Assembly: GCA_963663385.2 (NCBI GenBank)
Contig: CAXXXD010000004.1
Coordinates: 608,001-672,000, forward strand
Source of the DNA: Oceanispirochaeta sp.
GTDB taxonomy: Bacteria > Spirochaetota > Spirochaetia > DSM-2461
Reading direction: 5' to 3'
DNA: 64,000 nt
Position 1 is the stretch's first letter, and the number at the start of each line of letters is the position of its first letter. Below are positions 37,263 to 46,197 of this stretch, piece after piece. The notes beneath the pieces were generated by a model. The model was not told the origin of the DNA. It made no database searches and was given only the letters and a program-made list of their open reading frames with translations. Both the position numbers and the translations under genes were made by a program.

Positions 37263-38674
37263 AAATACTTCGCTCCCTTATTCTGTGTCTGTTACTATGT
37301 GCCTTTGCGTTTTCCACCTATGCAGAAACCGGAACGGCCACGACCGATCTGATGGATGAGGATCTGAATCTGGACGAACTGTTTGAAGAGGATTCGGAGG
37401 TTCAGGATCTGGAGGGTGATGAGCAGGCGGAAAAGCCGGAAGAGCCTCAGAAGGAAACTGTTCCGCCGAAAGATAAGGTTGACCTTCTGGAGGATGTCGT
37501 AGGAAAAAGTGAATTTGTTTTTGGCGGGAATTTCCGCTTTGCAACAGGTTATTCATCAGGATGGACCTACATGCCCTGGAATCCGGCTGTGGGGGAAGAC
37601 ACGGAGATGGACGATATGGTCATGATGGATATGTCTTCCACTCTGACCCTGGATTTTAAACTGGGGCCGGAATTCCGGGTCCTTCAGAAATACTCTCTCT
37701 CATTTCCGAAATTCGAGACTCAGGTGACAGAGTTTTTTGGAGATTACTCCATCAGGGACCAGATCTTTTTCAGGATCGGGCGTCAGAATCTCACATGGGG
37801 TACTTCCCGGTTTTATCCCTTTGCCAATCTGACCGCCAGGATTCCCGAGGATTTTGGAGCGATAGGCTATAACGATGCGATTAATGATGCAGACTCTTAT
37901 GCTTTAAAACTGGATATTCCGGTTGCCATGGGAGGGATTCAGGGACTGATCTTTACACGAAACGGTTTCTTCGAGGATCCCAATGCCCCCTCTTCCGAAG
38001 AGATCGGGTATGGGGGAAATTTCAATCTGGCTCAAACCTGGGGGGATTTCACAGTCGGAACGTTCTACCATAAAGCCATGAACTGGAGAAGTTTCTATAG
38101 TTTCAGTGCAACTGTTTTTGACAATATCGAGATTTATCAGGAAGGGGTTGTTTCCTATGATATACAGAATGATGATCTTCAGCCTTTGTATGATAAAAGC
38201 TTTGTGGAAATAGACCAATCCTACCAGTATCCCGTGAGTCTTGAAGACTACTCCTGTAATCCGATTCTGTCGGATAGAATGGATTTCGATCTGAACTTCG
38301 GCGGGTTTGTCGAACTGTTTGACAAGAAGCTGAAACTGTCTGCCGAATATTTTTACTGCGGAGAAGAGACCGAACTGGATTTGAAAAACTCCTCATACCC
38401 CCTGCTGTGGGGGCATAATCTGGCAGGAGGATTCTCCTGCCAGGTTTTCAGGGATAAACTGAAGGTATACTCTCAGGTTAAGTACAATACTAACGAGAAA
38501 TCGGGTCTGATCCTTTCCGGAATGACATTTGATACGGCTGAATATTTCACTTTGAACCTAGCTGTGCCGGTAATATTCGGTGAAACATCCGGCGGGTATT
38601 ATACGGATAATACGGACCGGCTGGACAGACCTGTCAGTTTTATCCTGTACGGTGTTATCTCCGGAAAGATGTAG
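37256..38674 (+). CDS. Exported protein, probable outer-membrane beta-barrel
   Basis: Signal peptide, acidic N-terminus, FRIGRQNLTWG, amphipathic strands. Confidence 0.65.
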   Translation: MVKILRSLILCLLLCAFAFSTYAETGTATTDLMDEDLNLDELFEEDSEVQDLEGDEQAEKPEEPQKETVPPKDKVDLLEDVVGKSEFVFGGNFRFATGYSSGWTYMPWNPAVGEDTEMDDMVMMDMSSTLTLDFKLGPEFRVLQKYSLSFPKFETQVTEFFGDYSIRDQIFFRIGRQNLTWGTSRFYPFANLTARIPEDFGAIGYNDAINDADSYALKLDIPVAMGGIQGLIFTRNGFFEDPNAPSSEEIGYGGNFNLAQTWGDFTVGTFYHKAMNWRSFYSFSATVFDNIEIYQEGVVSYDIQNDDLQPLYDKSFVEIDQSYQYPVSLEDYSCNPILSDRMDFDLNFGGFVELFDKKLKLSAEYFYCGEETELDLKNSSYPLLWGHNLAGGFSCQVFRDKLKVYSQVKYNTNEKSGLILSGMTFDTAEYFTLNLAVPVIFGETSGGYYTDNTDRLDRPVSFILYGVISGKM

Positions 38675-38678
38675 GACC

Positions 38679-39434
38679 CTATTTCAGGAATTTTACTGTT
38701 CCATAGATGGCATAATGGGAGAAGTAAAACAGAGTTTCAGGGAGAGACAGGTTTAAAGATTCCCGGTAAAACAGCCACTGTTTCCCGGCTTCTTTCATTT
38801 TATTGCCCGTCCAGGAATCCGAATGAATTCTGAGGCGGGCCAGATCTTCATTTAATCCGAAGCCGTATTCTATCTTTTTCAGTATCTTCAACCATAAATA
38901 CAGGTCGTCCTTATGGACGGCTGTCAAATCCTGAAGGATGGGGCCTGTTTTTTCCGTATCGTAAATGGCGGAGGATGCCATGATGCTGCAGGTTTTTTTC
39001 ATGGATCTGTAAGTGATCCGGTCCGGTATCGTAATAAGACTTCGGCTTGTGATAATCCCTTCATTGTTAAACTTTCTGTAAGCGGTATAACTTAAACCGG
39101 CATCTTTCTCCTTCATAAAACGGATATGCCTCTCCAGTTTCCCGGGCAGCCAGTTGTCATCAATATCCAAAAAAGCTATATACCGGCCTCTGGCTGCCTG
39201 CAAGGCGGCATTCCGGGCGTGTACAGGCCCCCTGTTACGGGACATCCTGAGAACTGATATCCTCTTGTTCTGATTCTCCAGTTCTTTCAGTACTTCATGG
39301 GTTTTGTCTGTTGAACTATCATCAACAATCAACCATTCATAGTCTGTATATGTCTGAGATAAAACGCTTCTTGCAGCTGATTCTATATACATAAATCCGT
39401 TATATACTGGAGTAATGATACTTACTTCTGGCAT
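38679..39434 (-). CDS. GT2 glycosyltransferase (TuaG-like)
   Basis: VSIITPVYN, VDDSSTD, ARN.AL..ARGRYIAFLDIDD. Confidence 0.9.
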   Translation of the reverse strand: MPEVSIITPVYNGFMYIESAARSVLSQTYTDYEWLIVDDSSTDKTHEVLKELENQNKRISVLRMSRNRGPVHARNAALQAARGRYIAFLDIDDNWLPGKLERHIRFMKEKDAGLSYTAYRKFNNEGIITSRSLITIPDRITYRSMKKTCSIMASSAIYDTEKTGPILQDLTAVHKDDLYLWLKILKKIEYGFGLNEDLARLRIHSDSWTGNKMKEAGKQWLFYRESLNLSLPETLFYFSHYAIYGTVKFLK

Positions 39435-39575
39435 CTTACAAATATCCTTAAATAATGTTCCTATAAAGTCTATAAAGAATATATTTTCACTATTTAAGGA
39501 AACATAAAATAGGAATTGTTCTTATATTGGAATAAATATTTACATTTTAAGATAATAACTATATTGTTTGATTTT

Positions 39576-40682
39576 ATGAAAGCAAGAGTCCGGAAGCTTC
39601 AGATTCTTTACATTATAGGCTTGATCTCTGTTGTCATTCTGGGGTTTTCTCTTTACACAACCATAGAGTTGTCAGCTGGAAGGCTGATGAATGTTTTAAT
39701 TGACATTAACTCATTTATCGGGGATGCGATATATTTTTCCTATCATGAAGGATACAGTGATAAGGAATACTTTTTTTTTATAAATAACATTCATGAGTAT
39801 TTCCATCAGGCAAATTTGAACTTAATCTTTGACGAACTGGGAATATACAATATAGATAGATTAGAGTTGTTTACTCAACCTGATCAGGCTGATATTGCTC
39901 TGTCTGAATTAAGACATATTCAGGATCTGCTGGGTGAGCTTGTTAAGAGGCAGCATAACGTTTCCTATGGAATCGTTATATCAAGCAGTATTGTTCTTAT
40001 TACAGTTGTAACAATGTTGTTTGTTACAGGTTCAAAAAAAAGGAATCATTATCAAAACCAGATTCTCAGGAACAAAATGCAGACTGATTTATTGAACACA
40101 ATGGAAAAGGAGCGAAATCTTCTCTCTTTTGAACTGCATGATGATCTGGCTCAGAAGCTGGCATTGATTAATCGCTACTTTTATAAACCGGACTTGAACA
40201 AAGACAATATCCAGATACTGAAATCCTATTCGGAAGAGGCAATACAGCAGATTCGACTTGTTTCAAACCGTCTTAAAACCCCGGGATTCAATAATCTCTC
40301 TTTAAAAGATTCATTTTATAAACTTTTTTCTGATTTTAAGATACTGACAGGTATTAATCTCAAATACAGTATTATTGGATTTGCGAGTTTAAAGCTTGAT
40401 ACTGATGCAACCATAAATGTCTATAGAGTTGTTCAGGAATTGTTAAGTAACGCCTATAAGCATTCAAAAGCGGAATGTATAAGCATTGTTTTAATATACG
40501 GACACCCCGAATTAATTATCAGGTATAAGGATAATGGTGTCGGATACGATCCTGAAACAGGAAATACTAAAGGTCTTGGGATGGAAAGTATGCGTTTTAG
40601 ACTGGAATTACTGAATGCAGGTTGGGATATTCAATCCAGACTGAATGCGGGTGTTACGTGTAAGATAAGGATCCCGGTATAA
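39576..40682 (+). CDS. Membrane sensor histidine kinase (HisKA_3/NarX type)
   Basis: Two TMs; ERNLLSFELHDDLAQ; YRVVQELLSNAYKHS; DNGVG; GLGMESM. Confidence 0.88.
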   Translation: MKARVRKLQILYIIGLISVVILGFSLYTTIELSAGRLMNVLIDINSFIGDAIYFSYHEGYSDKEYFFFINNIHEYFHQANLNLIFDELGIYNIDRLELFTQPDQADIALSELRHIQDLLGELVKRQHNVSYGIVISSSIVLITVVTMLFVTGSKKRNHYQNQILRNKMQTDLLNTMEKERNLLSFELHDDLAQKLALINRYFYKPDLNKDNIQILKSYSEEAIQQIRLVSNRLKTPGFNNLSLKDSFYKLFSDFKILTGINLKYSIIGFASLKLDTDATINVYRVVQELLSNAYKHSKAECISIVLIYGHPELIIRYKDNGVGYDPETGNTKGLGMESMRFRLELLNAGWDIQSRLNAGVTCKIRIPV

Positions 40683-41296
40683 TGAATAAGAAAGTGTTAA
40701 TCGTTGATGATCATGAACTGATCTTTTCCGGCTTAAAAGGATATCTTGAAAATATTGAGTTATTATTTGCGCAAAGCCAGGATGAAGTGGATAACTATCT
40801 CTACTCAGAGCAGATTGCAAGTGCAGTAATTGATGTAACAATTGGAAACGACAACGGATTTGATGTAGCGTATAAAATCCGGAATCATGTTAAACACATC
40901 TTTTTTCTCTCCATGCATAAATCGCCGCTATATATTCATAAGGCGATGGAAGAGGGGTATGCAGGATACTTCCTGAAGGATGAACCGTTGGATCTTCTCA
41001 GTGAAGCTCTTCGGAAACCTGATTACAGAGAATTCTGGATGTCGGATTCAGTATCATCTATTATAAAGGAAGAGGGATCAAGAAAATTTGAATTATATGA
41101 CCGATTATCTCCCCGTGAGCAGCAGATCCTGAGATTATTGGCTGAAGGTATCGGATATAAGGATATTGGTCAGGAACTGAACATCAGTGCTAAAACTGTA
41201 AATGTTCATAGGGCTAATATTTTCAAAAAACTTGGGCTGGAAAAACAGGTTGATATTGTAAAATATGCCATTAAAATAGGACTGATAGATTTGTGA
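40682..41296 (+). CDS. NarL/LuxR family response regulator
   Basis: VLIVDDH..., LSPREQQILRL...ISAKTVNVHRANIFKKL. Confidence 0.92.
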   Translation: MNKKVLIVDDHELIFSGLKGYLENIELLFAQSQDEVDNYLYSEQIASAVIDVTIGNDNGFDVAYKIRNHVKHIFFLSMHKSPLYIHKAMEEGYAGYFLKDEPLDLLSEALRKPDYREFWMSDSVSSIIKEEGSRKFELYDRLSPREQQILRLLAEGIGYKDIGQELNISAKTVNVHRANIFKKLGLEKQVDIVKYAIKIGLIDL

Positions 41297-41298
41297 TA

Positions 41299-41315
41299 AT
41301 AGGAAAAATCCCTAT
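41299..41315. promoter_or_regulatory. ATAGG-N7-CCTAT palindrome, copy 4
   Basis: ataggaaaaatccctat between the regulator stop and the next gene. Confidence 0.55.
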
Positions 41316-41376
41316 ATAATTTCACTTCGTTTGCAGATAGTATACCCTTGTTCTTTTATTGGGAAGAGGATTATTT

Positions 41377-41958
41377 ATGAAGGGTAGAACTCTATTCGTT
41401 AACACTATGCGTACCTGCATTGTTATCATATTTATAAGCATTCTGCTGAACAATTCAATCTCTTTATTTGTTCGTAAATATCATCTTCCCCTATTTTTAG
41501 ACACTTGTTTCAGTATTTTCTGCGGTATTACCTTTGGATCTGTACACGGATTTCTGACAGGAGTTTTTTCAAATTTATTTGAGCTTTATCTGTATGGGTT
41601 TACAGATATGCTTGCAATGGATTCGATTATTAACGGTTTAGTCGGGCTGGGCGCAGGTCTGTATTGTAAATATAAATGTTCCGGAAATATAATTTTCCCA
41701 GCTGTTCTAATAGTCTATACTACATTAATTTCAATGACTATCAGTCTGATTTATGCATGGATTTTTAACGGGCATTTCCATCACCCGTTCATGGATACCT
41801 GTATTTCAATTTTTCTTGTATTGGGTTTCGGAAAATATATTTCTACCTTGGGGGCACTATTTCTGTTACATCTGAATGATAAATTCATATCTGTTACAAT
41901 TGCCTATATCCTATGGGTACTGTACAGCAAACACTTTTCAGACAGCAATGATTCCTAA
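41377..41958 (+). CDS. Integral membrane protein, ECF S-component-like
   Basis: LPLFLDT....G..G...G.LTG; multiple TMs; C-terminal DKFIS. Confidence 0.6.
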   Translation: MKGRTLFVNTMRTCIVIIFISILLNNSISLFVRKYHLPLFLDTCFSIFCGITFGSVHGFLTGVFSNLFELYLYGFTDMLAMDSIINGLVGLGAGLYCKYKCSGNIIFPAVLIVYTTLISMTISLIYAWIFNGHFHHPFMDTCISIFLVLGFGKYISTLGALFLLHLNDKFISVTIAYILWVLYSKHFSDSNDS

Positions 41959-42552
41959 CTCTATAGCTTTCTTTACTATGCCTATCTGGTTTGTGGCGTT
42001 GAATTTAGAAAGTATTTTTTCTCTATGGTTACTTACTGTTTTTTTGCTGATGTTCAAGTCCTGTGCTATTTTATTGTAATCAGCCCCCCGGGCCATCAAA
42101 ATAAAAACCTCCTGTTCTCGTGGCGAAAGCCTGAGATACTCGGTTATTACAGAGGATTCAGAATGCTGCATTAGTTTCCGGGTCTCCTGTGACATCCAAA
42201 AATCTTTAAGGGACGGGTTTTTTAAGGCTTCCAATACCAAACCAGTCGATTCATCCTTTAAGAAATATCCTTTCACTCCAATTTCCCTGGCCTGCTCAAT
42301 GTAGGAAATATCCTTATGCATAGTGAGTATGAATGTGTATGTATCTGAAGGGATGAAACTGAAAAGATCAAGACCGTTTTCCAATCCAAGAGATATATCC
42401 AGCAGAACCGCATGAAATTTTTTTAACCGCAGCAGTGATCTGGCTTCTTCCAGAGAGGAGGCGTAATCCAGTTTATAATGGGGGTGAAAGTAATATTTCT
42501 GAAGACCCTGGAAGATTAAGTAATGATCATCGATTATTAAGACTCTTTTCAT
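41938..42552 (-). CDS. NarL/LuxR family response regulator (paralog of 40682..41296)
   Basis: VLIIDDH, LLDISLG, LSPREQEVF...ISKKTVSNHR. Confidence 0.92.
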   Translation of the reverse strand: MKRVLIIDDHYLIFQGLQKYYFHPHYKLDYASSLEEARSLLRLKKFHAVLLDISLGLENGLDLFSFIPSDTYTFILTMHKDISYIEQAREIGVKGYFLKDESTGLVLEALKNPSLKDFWMSQETRKLMQHSESSVITEYLRLSPREQEVFILMARGADYNKIAQDLNISKKTVSNHREKILSKFNATNQIGIVKKAIELGIIAV

Positions 42553-42836
42553 TTTAAATACCTGAATTCGTAATTAATAGTATTGTATTTGAATGAATCC
42601 GTTCTGAATAGGTATTTTGGGCCAAAATCATGCCTGTTACCGGAGCTGCTAATTCTAAATTATTTTATTAAAACAGTTTATGTGATTTGTTTACTAACTA
42701 AAGTTAGTGCATGGAAAAGGGGTTTCAGCCCGGATCTGCACTTATTGAGAACTTATCCTGAAGAATCATTAATACTATGATATATTATGAAATTTGAAGT
42801 GATATCAGTTTAAATAGTATTGGGGATAGATTCATC

Positions 42837-45800
42837 ATGAGAAGAATTATTGTTGTGTTGTTTATTATATTTGTGACAGGTGTGACGTCTTGTAAAAATA
42901 ATTTGATATCAATGGATGAGGATCTGCTTGAAAAAACAAAAGATTCGGTGGTTCCCGTACTTGTAATAGACAGCCCCGAGACAGAATCCCTTTTTAATCA
43001 AACCGTAGTTGTTACGGGATCTGTCACGGATGACGGTGCTGTTTTGCCGGAACTTCATTATTCGGTGAAAAATGAGCTGGGAGAGATAAAGGCTGAAGGG
43101 GTAGTTGAGTTAACAGCAGAAACTGTTGACAGCGGTGTTAAAGGGACATTTTCATTCAGTTTTTCCACAAGCAGCATGGATACGGATGTATTGCTGGAAA
43201 TGACTGCTGTTGACTGGAATGACAATGAAGCTGAGGTAGTTTCGGTCAAACTGCTCTACCCGGGAAGTTCCATCCCCACCTTTTCCGTTCAGCCCGGAAA
43301 CGACAGCATCGCCCTCTCCTGGGACGCTCTGCCCGAAGCAGCATCCTATACCGTGTATTACAGCCCCAAAGGGGAGGAGTTTCTGGAAAATACGGCTCAT
43401 TCCTTTACCCTGACCGCCGATGAGGTTGGGGAATCCGCTGAAATTTCCATGACATCAGAGGAGTATGATATTGCCAACGGCTGGATGACCAAGGTACGGG
43501 TCAAGGCTGAATCGGAAACCGGTTCCTGGCTCTCTCCCCTTCTTACGGCCATACCGGTATCATGCTTTACGCTTATACCGAAAAGCAACTGTTATACGGA
43601 TAAGATTGCCCTGTCCTGGAAGCCCTTTCATACGCCGGCGGGTGAGAGAGTGAATTATACGGTTTGGCGCTCTTCATCCTATGACGGGGTGTATTCCCGG
43701 ATCTCCTCCGACAGCCTCGATGAGGCTTTCTATGAGGACACAGGAGTACCGGAAGGTCAAACGGTTTACTATAAGATTGGCTATACCGTGGGGGAAGGGG
43801 TGGAAGAGGCGTCTTCGAGCGAGCCGCTGGCAGCCGAAACCTCGGTGCTCGATCCCGATGCTTCAGCCGATGCGGATGTGAATCTGCTCTTAACAGACGA
43901 TACGGAGCTGATCAACCATGTGGAGTTTGCAAGCGATGGATCGCGGGCCTTTGCCATAGACTCTATCTATGTCAGTTCCACCACCTCCTATGTTTCCTAC
44001 CTTATGGAAACCAGCTTATCCGGTTCCGGGGCGAACGGAACGGTTATGGAGATCTCGGTTCCCGAGGTTTCGGGAAATAGAATGACTATCCACGGATTGA
44101 AGGCAACCCCTGAACGAACCTACGTCGCTCTCTCTGCCAAGGAAGACGGCGTTACTACCCGTCAAATCCGTTCCTATGATATCTCCGTACCGGGAAGCAT
44201 GACGTATAATCCCTCCGAGAACATCAGTTTCAGTTCTATCTGCAGGGGGTTGAATTACGGAACCCCCGGCGGAACTGAGACTCTTTTCTACTTCGACTCT
44301 GCAGGGCTACGCTCGGTGGATATTTCCGATCCGGCCAGTCCCGGTACGCCCGTCACCCATTCGGCACTCTCCGGCATTGTCGGGCCGACATATGTGCAGG
44401 ATGTCGCCTATGCAGGCGGCTATCTCTATATCCTCCACTACGTCAGCGCCAGTACCGACTGGAACCTCACCGCCTATGATGTCACGGCACATACTCAGAC
44501 AACTTACACCCTCCATCACAGGGTGATCGGCTCCGAGGTCTACGGCGCCTTCTCCCTGGAAGCGGATGCTTCGTCAGGCAATCTGGTGGTAGCGGCAAGC
44601 GGCTATCACTATCAGTACATATATCCGGCGGACAAGGGCTTTCTCTGGTACTTTGATATCGGGACCGATCCCGCCGATCCTTCTCTGGAACGTTATGAGG
44701 AGATGGGGATACGTATCGACGATGTGGAGGTTCTGGGAGCGAGGGCCTTCTGTTCGACCTACAACGGATTGGTACTGGTTGTGGATTTGAACTCCACCGC
44801 TCTGATCGCCCGTTCGGAGATCAAAGCCAGGGGATACGGGCCGGACCTTGATGTAGCTGACGGTTCGGCCAGGGTTATAGTGGCCAGCGGCTCCTCGGGA
44901 GTTTCGTATACGGTAATCGAGGACTCTCAGTCTCCCTCCTATGGAGATATTGTTTCTCTTGGTTACGGAGGAATCGCCCGGAATAATGTCTGCTTTGCCG
45001 ACGGGTACCTCTATGCTCCCACCGGCCAAACGACTATGAAAAGCTACACTCAGCGGAGCGACGGCAGCCTGACGCTTTTTTCCGAAAGGGCTATGGATAC
45101 CCGGAGTGTCCTTGTACGGGGCAATTATCTGTTTACCGGATACAAGACGCTGACCATTGCCCGGATGTCGGCCAAAGGGGATGTGGCCTCCATGGAGGTA
45201 TTGGCCGAGCTTAATGTTATGGGGGATATTACCGGCCTTGCTATCCGGGGGGACTATCTCTATGTCTCGGAGGGAAATTTCGGAGTGGAGATCTTCAATA
45301 TTTCCGATCCCTCCCGGCCCGAGTCGATCGGCTGGGCCAACTCCTTCGGCGAGGCCAGGGAGATCTTTATTGCCAGGGACAGGCTGATTATGGCCGATAC
45401 CAGCCTGGGGCTGCGCTGTTTTGATGTAAGCGTACCCGAGTCGCCGGAGCTGCTGGGGGATTTCAGGGACACTGATTCGGATGCGGGTACCGACGGTTTG
45501 AGTGTGGCTGGAGACTATATCTACTGGGCCACCAGCACAGGGCTTTTCGTACTGCGGGGAGAGGACGCCTCTACCTGGCGGAATGCATCTTCCGTATCCG
45601 GTGATCCGGGTTCGGCTCTGGACTGGGTGGATACGGAGATGAACTGCCTCAATGCCCAGGGGGATGCCCTGTATGCCGCCGTAAAAGCTTCTCAGTTCTA
45701 TTTCGGCGCCTTCGATATCACTCTGCCGGCCAAACCGGATCTCTTCTATATGAACTACGATACCTATATCAAGAACAGTCCCGTTATGGTTGTTTCGGGC

Positions 45801-45857
45801 AGTCACTTCTTCTCTCATCAAGAGCATGATATGAGGCCCTTCTATCTGCCGCGCTGA
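42837..45857 (+). CDS. Large lipoprotein with Ig/FN3-like domains and LVIVD repeats
   Basis: Lipobox VTSC; FN3-like LSW..YTVY and YTVWRS..YYKI; GDYLYVSEG..GVEIFNISDPSRP. Confidence 0.8.
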   Translation: MRRIIVVLFIIFVTGVTSCKNNLISMDEDLLEKTKDSVVPVLVIDSPETESLFNQTVVVTGSVTDDGAVLPELHYSVKNELGEIKAEGVVELTAETVDSGVKGTFSFSFSTSSMDTDVLLEMTAVDWNDNEAEVVSVKLLYPGSSIPTFSVQPGNDSIALSWDALPEAASYTVYYSPKGEEFLENTAHSFTLTADEVGESAEISMTSEEYDIANGWMTKVRVKAESETGSWLSPLLTAIPVSCFTLIPKSNCYTDKIALSWKPFHTPAGERVNYTVWRSSSYDGVYSRISSDSLDEAFYEDTGVPEGQTVYYKIGYTVGEGVEEASSSEPLAAETSVLDPDASADADVNLLLTDDTELINHVEFASDGSRAFAIDSIYVSSTTSYVSYLMETSLSGSGANGTVMEISVPEVSGNRMTIHGLKATPERTYVALSAKEDGVTTRQIRSYDISVPGSMTYNPSENISFSSICRGLNYGTPGGTETLFYFDSAGLRSVDISDPASPGTPVTHSALSGIVGPTYVQDVAYAGGYLYILHYVSASTDWNLTAYDVTAHTQTTYTLHHRVIGSEVYGAFSLEADASSGNLVVAASGYHYQYIYPADKGFLWYFDIGTDPADPSLERYEEMGIRIDDVEVLGARAFCSTYNGLVLVVDLNSTALIARSEIKARGYGPDLDVADGSARVIVASGSSGVSYTVIEDSQSPSYGDIVSLGYGGIARNNVCFADGYLYAPTGQTTMKSYTQRSDGSLTLFSERAMDTRSVLVRGNYLFTGYKTLTIARMSAKGDVASMEVLAELNVMGDITGLAIRGDYLYVSEGNFGVEIFNISDPSRPESIGWANSFGEAREIFIARDRLIMADTSLGLRCFDVSVPESPELLGDFRDTDSDAGTDGLSVAGDYIYWATSTGLFVLRGEDASTWRNASSVSGDPGSALDWVDTEMNCLNAQGDALYAAVKASQFYFGAFDITLPAKPDLFYMNYDTYIKNSPVMVVSGSHFFSHQEHDMRPFYLPR

Positions 45858-45883
45858 GAGGATGCGGGAATAATTGTGAGGGC

Positions 45884-45915
45884 AAAAAAAAAGAGCAGGC
45901 GAAACGCTTGCTCTT
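45884..45915 (-). terminator. Intrinsic terminator downstream of tRNA-Asn
   Basis: aagagcaggcg-aaa-cgcttgctctt hairpin with an A9 run on + (U-tract on -). Confidence 0.75.
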
Positions 45916-45918
45916 AAG

Positions 45919-45991
45919 CTCCCCCGAACAGACTCGAACTGCTGACATGGTGGTTAACAGCCACCCGCTCTACCGACTGAGCTACAGGGGA
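45919..45991 (-). tRNA. tRNA-Asn (GTT), CCA not fully encoded
   Basis: TCCCCTGTAGCTCAGTCGGTAGAGCGGGTGGCTGTTAACCACC...GTTCGAGTC...GGGGGAG; upstream TTGACA-17-TATATT (46011-46039, minus strand). Confidence 0.96.
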
Positions 45992-46125
45992 ATATAAATA
46001 ATTCTTGATGAATATATCCGGTTTCCCTTTTTGTGTCAACAGCTCTTTCAAAGAAAAATTCAGCCATTCCGGAACCTGCATTTCTGTAGGGATGTTCTCA
46101 TGGAAACAGATGCCGGATAAACGAG

Positions 46126-46160
46126 AAAAAAGCCGTCCCCGGAGGAACGGCTTTTTTTTT
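46126..46160. terminator. Bidirectional intrinsic terminator after glnA
   Basis: aaaaaagccgtcc-ccgga-ggaacggcttttttt. Confidence 0.75.
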
Positions 46161-46197
46161 AAATATTACTGTGTAATGATTTAAATAAAGTTAAATC

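Noticed and set aside
44574..45827. 417-aa minus-strand ORF and similar long antisense ORFs (24721, 27793, 51397, 55919)
   Set aside because: They lie fully opposite well-supported genes and have no recognisable motifs.
5706..45931. tRNA-Asn-anchored integrative island (cccgaacaga at ~5708 as a possible att copy)
   Set aside because: Only a ~10-nt match, inside a CDS, and there is no integrase in the window; expected by chance.
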